DNA from: a candidate division WOR-3 bacterium
GTDB taxonomy: Bacteria > Hydrothermota > Hydrothermia > LBFQ01 > DSFT01
DNA length: 21,473 nt
NCBI GenBank assembly: GCA_965649115.1
Contig: CBFGJN010000032.1
Location: forward strand, 1-21,473
Reading direction: 5' to 3'
A program made the translations under genes and the position numbers. Numbering within the stretch: the first letter of the stretch is position 1; the number at the start of each line of letters is the position of its first letter. Shown here piece after piece: positions 15,988 through 21,473 of the stretch. The notes beneath the pieces were generated by a model. The model was not told the origin of the DNA. It did not search any database and worked only from the letters and a program-made list of their open reading frames with translations.

Positions 15988-17282
15988 AATTAGCAATTGT
16001 TGGAGGGGGAATAAGTGGGCTATCCACAAGTTATTTTTTATCAGATATTTTTGATGAGATTTTTGTTTTTGAAAGTGAAAATGAACTTGGGGGAAAAATA
16101 AAAACATTAACATTTAAAAATCATTTATTGGAATTAGGTCCTGATTCAATTTCAAATAATTTTCAAATAGAAAAATTTATTTTTGAATTAAATTTAGCAA
16201 ATGAAATTATTTTTCCAAATCATTCAAAAATAAATGTCCTTTACAATAATAGAATTTTGACATTTGAACCTGAAATTGTTTCATTAAATCCAATTTTCAT
16301 TTTGAAATCGAAAGACATATCCATAAAATCTAAAATAAATTTACTATTTGAACCATTTAAAAAACATTTTGAAAATGATGAAAGTTTAGAAGAATTCATA
16401 ACAAGAAGATTTGGAAAGGAAATTTTCTTAAAAATTGGACAACCTATCTTAGCGAATATATATAATGCTGATGGTAAGGAATTAAGTGTTTCATCTGCTT
16501 TTGAAAATTTAAAAATGATAGAAAAAAATTATAAGAGTTTTTTTAAATTTGCCCTATTATTTAGAAAAAAGAGAAAACAACCATTATTCTTTTCTATAAA
16601 AAGCGGATTAAATAGAATAGTAAATAAATTAGAAGAGAAAATTATTAGAAAAAATGTTAATATTTTAAAAGGCGTAAAAGTTTTAAAAATTTCAAAAGTC
16701 AATGGTAAATTAAAGGTTATTACAAATTCGGGCTCTCATGAATTTGATAAAGTTATTTTGGCAGTTCCAAGTTTTATTTGTTATGATATTTTAAAAGATT
16801 TTGGAGATATTTGTGAATTTTTTCTTAAAGTAAAATGGACTTCAACTATTACATCTTACATTATAACAAAAGAACATTTAAAATTAGATTTAGGTAATGG
16901 TTTTCTTGTTTCTCCATTAGAAAATTTAAATATCACAGGTTGTACAATTTATTCAAATAAATGGCCACAAAAAGTTTCTGATAAATTCACAATTTTAAGA
17001 TTTTTCTTAAAGGATAAACCCTTTAAGGAAGATGAAATAAAGGATATAATTATTAGTGAAATGGATAAAATTTTCAATATAAAATTAAAAAACTTTGAGA
17101 TAATTAATTACCGATGGAAAAATTCATTTCCACAATATCCGATAAATCATAAAGAAAATGTGAAAATCATAAGAGAATTTTTCAAAAATGAACATATATA
17201 TTTTATCGGTTCAAGTTATGATGGAATTGGAATTTCATCATGTATTAATCAAGCTCTTAAATTGAAAAACGAAATTTTGTAA
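15984..17282 (+). CDS. hemY: HemY-family FAD-dependent copro/protoporphyrinogen oxidase (CgoX)
   Basis: FAD motif IVGGGISGL, GGKI, ELGPDS, FITRRFG, GFLV, NKWP, RWKNSFPQY, GIGISSCI. Follows hemE-hemH as in the Bacillus hemEHY operon. Confidence 0.93.
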   Translation: MKLAIVGGGISGLSTSYFLSDIFDEIFVFESENELGGKIKTLTFKNHLLELGPDSISNNFQIEKFIFELNLANEIIFPNHSKINVLYNNRILTFEPEIVSLNPIFILKSKDISIKSKINLLFEPFKKHFENDESLEEFITRRFGKEIFLKIGQPILANIYNADGKELSVSSAFENLKMIEKNYKSFFKFALLFRKKRKQPLFFSIKSGLNRIVNKLEEKIIRKNVNILKGVKVLKISKVNGKLKVITNSGSHEFDKVILAVPSFICYDILKDFGDICEFFLKVKWTSTITSYIITKEHLKLDLGNGFLVSPLENLNITGCTIYSNKWPQKVSDKFTILRFFLKDKPFKEDEIKDIIISEMDKIFNIKLKNFEIINYRWKNSFPQYPINHKENVKIIREFFKNEHIYFIGSSYDGIGISSCINQALKLKNEIL

Positions 17283-17288
17283 ATTAAA

Positions 17289-17368
17289 GCTCCCCAAAGC
17301 CGAAATATGGGTATTTTAAAGCGGAAAAGATAGAAAAATAAATAATTTTAGAATTATTAAACACAACA
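17289..17368 (+). repeat. Internally deleted remnant of the MITE-like element (right part)
   Basis: CCCCAAAGCCGAAATATGGGTATTTTAAAGC matches copy 1 (CCCCAAGGCGTAAATATGGGTATTTTAAAGC). AAATAAATAATTTTAGAATTATTAAACACAAC resembles the right end …TTTAGAATTATTGGACACAGC. Confidence 0.7.
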
Positions 17369-17379
17369 TTTTGATTATG

Positions 17380-17389
17380 CTTTAAAATT
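17380..17389 (+). promoter_or_regulatory. CTTTAAAATT motif upstream of the GlmU-like operon
   Basis: Exact motif; TAAAAT lies 10 nt before ATG 17399; no Shine-Dalgarno. Confidence 0.5.
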
Positions 17390-17398
17390 TCAAACTTA

Positions 17399-18589
17399 AT
17401 GATAACTCTTCTTGTTGATTACAATTGGGAAAAATTTCTTCCCTTTTCCTGGACAAGACCTTTGTGGGATTTAAGAATGGGAATTTTTACATTTCTTGAA
17501 AGAATTGGAAAGCTATATGGTAATGTTTATGGATATACCCATAGGGATTATTTGAGAGGATTGTTTTCATCTTATCCCGAAGATAAATGGACTGATCAAA
17601 CACTTTTACTAATTCCTACAATTTATTTTGAGGAATACCCTGATTTTAGGAGAGATAAAGATACATTATTCCTTGATAAGCACAATAGACCATTTGGTGT
17701 ATTTTTAAAGAATTTTAGAATTTTTGATTTTACTAAGGAATTTGATGGAGTTATTGAGAAGATTGATAGTGTAGTTTTAATTGAAAAACCTTGGGAATTT
17801 TTAGATTTTATTCCTTCACAAATAGAGAAAGATTACAAAATATCAAATAAAAAATCTTTTAAACCTTACAAAGGGGTTGTAATGGTTGGAACTACTGAAA
17901 TTTTTATAGATACAAGTGTTGAAGTTGAACCTGGTGTTATAATAGATGCAAGTGAGGGTCCGGTTTATATTGATAGTGGTGCAAAAATAATGGGAAATAG
18001 TTATATTAAAGGTCCGGTTTATGTTGGAAGAAGCAGTACAATAATGCCATTAACAAAATTAAATAAAAATGTTGTAATAGGTCCTGTCGTGAAAGCAGGA
18101 GGTGAGATAACAAATAGCATTATATGGGGTTATTCAAATAAACAGCATGATGGTTTTTTGGGTGATAGTATAATAGCTGAATGGGTAAATATCGGTGCTG
18201 GAACGCAATTTAGTAATCTAAAAAATACATATGGAACAATTAAGATGTTTTATTATCCTCAAAAAGAAGAAATAGAAACAAATAGACAATTTTTAGGAGC
18301 GTTAATAGGTCCTCATGCAAAAATTGGTATAAATTCAATAATAAATTGTGGAACTGTAATGGGTGCATTTACATCAACTGTGGGTGGTAAAATAACATCA
18401 GGGTTTATACCTGATTTTACATGGCTTGATGATGAAGAAATGGATATAAATAAAGCTATTGAAATAGCCAAAAGAATGATGATAAGAAGAAACTTTTCAT
18501 TAACAGAAAAATACGAAAATATGATAAAAGTAATATATGAATTATCAAAGCAGTATAAGAAAAAGAGAAGTGTTAGAAAGAGGTCTTGA
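17399..18589 (+). CDS. GlmU-related putative sugar nucleotidyltransferase/acetyltransferase (Bacteroidota-type alternative GlmU, left-handed beta-helix C-terminus)
   Basis: N-terminal LPFSWTRPLWDLRMGIFT; hexapeptide repeats; GGEITNSIIWGYSNKQHDGFLGDSIIAEWVNIGAGTQFSNLKNTYG signature. Confidence 0.82.
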   Translation: MITLLVDYNWEKFLPFSWTRPLWDLRMGIFTFLERIGKLYGNVYGYTHRDYLRGLFSSYPEDKWTDQTLLLIPTIYFEEYPDFRRDKDTLFLDKHNRPFGVFLKNFRIFDFTKEFDGVIEKIDSVVLIEKPWEFLDFIPSQIEKDYKISNKKSFKPYKGVVMVGTTEIFIDTSVEVEPGVIIDASEGPVYIDSGAKIMGNSYIKGPVYVGRSSTIMPLTKLNKNVVIGPVVKAGGEITNSIIWGYSNKQHDGFLGDSIIAEWVNIGAGTQFSNLKNTYGTIKMFYYPQKEEIETNRQFLGALIGPHAKIGINSIINCGTVMGAFTSTVGGKITSGFIPDFTWLDDEEMDINKAIEIAKRMMIRRNFSLTEKYENMIKVIYELSKQYKKKRSVRKRS

Positions 18590-18893
18590 ACTATTAGCAA
18601 TTTTTATAACAATTGTAATTGGTTTTCTGAGTCATAAGAGAAATTTAATTTCTTTTGAATTTATTATCAATGTTTTTGCGTTTTTTATAAGTTGGTTAGT
18701 AATCACTTTACTAATTAAACCAAATTTCAAAAATATATTTATTATCAGCTTTTATTCTGCTAGTTTTGGTGCTTTAATAAGGGCAATTTTATTACTTGAT
18801 AGTGAAATTAAAGTTTCATTTATTCTTGTATTTTCAATATCACAAACAATAATGCTTTATCTTATTAAAGTAATTCAAACGATTTTGAGATGA
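18537..18893 (+). CDS. Small four-TM membrane protein, DUF3054-like (start uncertain, possibly GTG 18570)
   Basis: Four hydrophobic segments with the pattern IGFLSH…FFISW…GALIR…VSFILV. Overlaps its neighbours as an operon member. Confidence 0.6.
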   Translation: MNYQSSIRKREVLERGLELLAIFITIVIGFLSHKRNLISFEFIINVFAFFISWLVITLLIKPNFKNIFIISFYSASFGALIRAILLLDSEIKVSFILVFSISQTIMLYLIKVIQTILR

Positions 18894-19747
18894 AAGTTAG
18901 TGTTATTATTCCTGTTTATAATGGAAAAAATTACATAAAGCATTCAATAAATTCAGTTTTAAGACAAACTTATAAAGATATTGAAATTATTGTTGTTGAT
19001 GATTTTAGTAATGATGGAACTTACGAATATGTCCTAAATGAGTTTAAAAATGAAATTAATTTAGGGAAAGTTAAAATTTTTAGAAATGAGAAGAATATGG
19101 AAAGAAGTTATAGTAGGAATTTTGGTTTTAGAGTTAGTCAAGGTGAATATGTTTTCTTTTTAGATTACGATGATGAATGGGATTTTAATTATATAGAGGA
19201 AACAATTAAAAACTTCAATAATTTTGATATTGTTTATTCCATTCCAAGAACATTTATAAATAAAGATAGTAAAGTCCTAAGGATTTCAAAAAGAAAGTAC
19301 TCAAAAGATATAAACGAGTTGGTTTTTTCTGCCCAAATTGCTTACCCATCTGCAACTGCTTTTAAAAGAGAAAAATTTATTTATTTTAATGAAAATTACA
19401 ATCAAAGAGAAGATTGGGAATTATTTATAAGGTCAATTTTAAATGGCTTGAAAATAAATGTTATTGATAATAATAAGGTTATGATAAGAGAACATGATAA
19501 AAGGACAAGTGGAAGTTTAAAATTTTTAGAAGGAACACTAAAAGTTTATTTTGATTACAAAGATAAAATTCCAAAAAACTACCTACCATTTTTTTTATTC
19601 CACATTTCTGAAACATTATTAAGATATGGTAAATTGAAAGATGGTTGGTTATTACTATTAAAAGCAATAAAATTGGATCCAAGAATTTTGCTAAATAGTA
19701 GAAGAATAGGGAGTATATTAAAAAGGGGGTTTAGGATAAGAATATGA
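18890..19747 (+). CDS. Glycosyltransferase family 2 (GT-A)
   Basis: Motifs VSVIIPVYN, EIIVVDDFSNDGT, SRNFG, FLDYDD, EDWEL. Confidence 0.93.
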   Translation: MKVSVIIPVYNGKNYIKHSINSVLRQTYKDIEIIVVDDFSNDGTYEYVLNEFKNEINLGKVKIFRNEKNMERSYSRNFGFRVSQGEYVFFLDYDDEWDFNYIEETIKNFNNFDIVYSIPRTFINKDSKVLRISKRKYSKDINELVFSAQIAYPSATAFKREKFIYFNENYNQREDWELFIRSILNGLKINVIDNNKVMIREHDKRTSGSLKFLEGTLKVYFDYKDKIPKNYLPFFLFHISETLLRYGKLKDGWLLLLKAIKLDPRILLNSRRIGSILKRGFRIRI

Positions 19748-20673
19748 ACATCTTAATTACTTATAAGCTTAAAGATATAGAAAGGAAAATATATGAGACA
19801 CTTAGAGGAAAAGCAGATGTATTTTATCTTTCCGAGCTGAAAGAGAATGAAAGAATTGAAATAATAAAGAATGTACAAGCTATTGTTTGTGCTTATCCTC
19901 AAAGAGAGCTTAAAATTGAGGAAATTAAAGAAATGAAAAATTTGAAATATGTTTTTTGTATATTTGCTGGTGTAGATCATATTGATAGTAAATTATTTGA
20001 AAATGCTCAAATAATTTCTAATAGTGGAGGTTATTCAATTCCTATTGCTGAACATGTCTTTGGAATGATTTTAGCACTCGCTAAAAAATTAATTGTTAAT
20101 CATAATAAACTTAAAGAAGGGATATTTGAACAATCAATTAAAAGCACTTTACTTTATAATAAAATTTGTGGAATAATTGGTTTTGGTGGTATTGGAAAAG
20201 CGGTTGGAAAGTTAGCAAGAGCATTTGGTATGAAAATTTATGCTATAAATTCAAGTGGCAAAACTAATGAAATTGTAGATTATATTGGAACGTTATCAAA
20301 TCTTGACTTTGTTTTACAAAATTCAGATGTTATTATTATATCTATTCCACTAACAGAAAGAACAAGAAATTTAATTTCTAAAAGAGAACTTGAAATTATG
20401 AAAGAAAATGCTATTCTTATAAATGTTGCAAGAGCTGAAATTATTGACCAAAAAGCACTTTATGAACATATGAAAAATCATCCTGAATTTAAAGTTGGTT
20501 TAGATGTTTGGTGGGAAGAGCCATTAAAAACTGGTAAATTTAAATTAGATTATAATTTCTTTGAATTTGAAAATTTTATAGGTTCTCCTCATAATTCTCC
20601 ATTAGTTCCAGAAATGTTTGAGATGCGCACTAAAAATATGGTTGAAATAATAAAATCGTATATTAATTTGTAG
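19744..20673 (+). CDS. D-isomer-specific 2-hydroxyacid dehydrogenase
   Basis: AGVDHID, IAEH, Rossmann motif GIIGFGGIG, INVARA (catalytic Arg), DVWWEEP, SPHN (catalytic His). Confidence 0.93.
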   Translation: MNILITYKLKDIERKIYETLRGKADVFYLSELKENERIEIIKNVQAIVCAYPQRELKIEEIKEMKNLKYVFCIFAGVDHIDSKLFENAQIISNSGGYSIPIAEHVFGMILALAKKLIVNHNKLKEGIFEQSIKSTLLYNKICGIIGFGGIGKAVGKLARAFGMKIYAINSSGKTNEIVDYIGTLSNLDFVLQNSDVIIISIPLTERTRNLISKRELEIMKENAILINVARAEIIDQKALYEHMKNHPEFKVGLDVWWEEPLKTGKFKLDYNFFEFENFIGSPHNSPLVPEMFEMRTKNMVEIIKSYINL

Positions 20674-20684
20674 GGAATTAAATA

Positions 20685-20736
20685 GAGGCTTTCGCCTCCC
20701 AAAGCAAAAAATAGGGATTTTTTAGGCCGTAGGCTT
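20685..20736 (+). repeat. Degenerate fragment of the MITE-like element (hairpin module); possible terminator for the upstream operon
   Basis: Hairpin GAGGC-TTTC-GCCTC followed by …AATAGGGATTTTTTAGGCCGTAGGCTT, parallel to copy 3 GGGGGCGAAGCCCCC…AATGGGTATTTATAAGCCGAAGGCTT. Begins 12 nt after the stop codon. Confidence 0.55.
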
Positions 20737-20737
20737 T

Positions 20738-20886
20738 TATCAAAAACTTATAAAATTTTTAAGGAAATTGTTGATTTGATTGAAGAGAGGGTAAAGCCTT
20801 AAAGTACAAGAATGGGCATCTATAAGCCGAAGGGATATATTCAAGGTTGCTGGGAAGATAAATAGTTTCAAAATTATTGAACGTAC
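20738..20886 (+). repeat. Degenerate copy of the MITE-like element lacking the left TIR
   Basis: 20745-20777 is identical over 33 nt to 2092-2124 (AACTTATAAAATTTTTAAGGAAATTGTTGATTT). It continues with AATGGGCATCTATAAGCCGAAGG and a decayed right end (AAAATTATTGAAC). Confidence 0.7.
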
Positions 20887-20918
20887 TAAAAAATAAGAAA
20901 AATAAATAATTTTAAGAT

Positions 20919-21109
20919 GCTTTGTCTAGTAAATAATGTTAAGTCCTTGATTATCAATAACTTACAAAAATTTTAAGGAAATTAAAGATTTTATGGGGGG
21001 CGAAGCCCCCTAGGCCGAAAAATGGGTATTTATAAGCCGAAGGCTTATTCATAGGGTGGGTGGGAAAAATATAGATAATAATTATATTTTCAGAATTACT
21101 AGACAAGGC
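20919..21109 (+). mobile_element. MITE-like non-coding element, copy 3 (191 bp), with a perfect 10-bp target-site duplication
   Basis: TIR GCTTTGTCTAGTAA (20919-20932) vs TTACTAGACAAGGC (21096-21109), 13/14. Flanked by ATTTTAAGAT at 20909-20918 and 21110-21119. Hairpins GGGGGC-GAA-GCCCCC and TAAGCC-GAA-GGCTTA. Confidence 0.9.
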
Positions 21110-21129
21110 ATTTTAAGATATTTTTTAAC

Positions 21130-21139
21130 CTTTAAAATT
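21130..21139 (+). promoter_or_regulatory. CTTTAAAATT motif; probable leaderless promoter for the last ORF
   Basis: TAAAAT (21133-21138) lies 6 nt before ATG 21145; no Shine-Dalgarno. Confidence 0.55.
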
Positions 21140-21144
21140 TAAAA

Positions 21145-21473
21145 ATGACTGACTTAATAAAGCTTTATGAATCATTAAAGGAGAAAATAGGAGAAGAAAC
21201 TGCCAAACTTCTTGTTGATGCGATATCAAAAATTTATTCTAATGGATATATAAAGAATGAGCAATTTATTGAGGTAATAAGGGCAATAGAGGGTAGGATA
21301 AAATCATTTGAGGATATGGTAAAATTTGAATTTTCAAACATATGGCAAGAATTAAAGCAATTAAGAGAGACATCTGCCACAAAGGATGATATTAAGAGAC
21401 TTGAAGAGAGGATTGAGAAAATTGAAGCAAGTCAAGAAAACTTTGCCACAAAAGATGACATTAGAGAACTAAA
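21145..21473 (+). CDS. Coiled-coil protein with ATKDDI repeats (DUF1640/CCDC90-like), 5' part only; not in the supplied ORF track
   Basis: Open frame to the window end: MTDLIKLYESLKEKIGEETAKLLVDAISKIYSNGYIKNEQFIEVIRAIEGRIKSFEDMVKFEFSNIWQELKQLRETSATKDDIKRLEERIEKIEASQENFATKDDIREL… It has a helical head (LYESLK…GEETAKLLV) and two ATKDD motifs 69 bp apart. Confidence 0.75.
   Translation, partial: MTDLIKLYESLKEKIGEETAKLLVDAISKIYSNGYIKNEQFIEVIRAIEGRIKSFEDMVKFEFSNIWQELKQLRETSATKDDIKRLEERIEKIEASQENFATKDDIREL

Noticed and set aside
2818..19980. Short minus-strand ORFs (2818-3012, 8904-9116, 11096-11401, 12565-12816, 13960-14142, 14027-14215, 18313-18600, 19479-19682, 19753-19980)
   Set aside because: All lie antisense within well-supported genes and show no recognisable motifs.

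Overview
Very AT-rich bacterial DNA, probably from a thermophilic diderm of the FCB-allied group (e.g. WOR-3-like). That placement is an inference from the SprA homologue and the Bacteroidota-type GlmU-like gene. The window opens with the end of a CRISPR leader and an array of 26 repeats and 25 spacers (29-bp repeat GTTTCATCTGAACATAGTGGAATTTAAAC); there are no cas genes in the window. Two tandem copies of a ~200-bp non-coding element with terminal inverted repeats follow. Next come a compact 1695-aa SprA/Sov T9SS translocon homologue and a frameshifted coiled-coil + PD-(D/E)XK (DUF3782-like) gene on the minus strand. A tightly overlapped operon then encodes the complete coproporphyrin-dependent heme b pathway (hemA-hemC fusion, hemD, hemB, chdC/hemQ, hemL, hemE, hemH/cpfC, hemY/cgoX). 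After it is a GlmU-like / DUF3054-like / GT2 / 2-hydroxyacid dehydrogenase operon, more copies of the element, and the start of a DUF1640/CCDC90-like coiled-coil gene. The most notable unexplained structure is the MITE-like family: 3 complete and 4 partial copies with co-varying TIRs, a 10-bp target duplication, paired IHF-consensus sites and GC hairpins. It sits, always co-oriented, just upstream of an exact CTTTAAAATT motif found before all five apparent transcription-unit starts.
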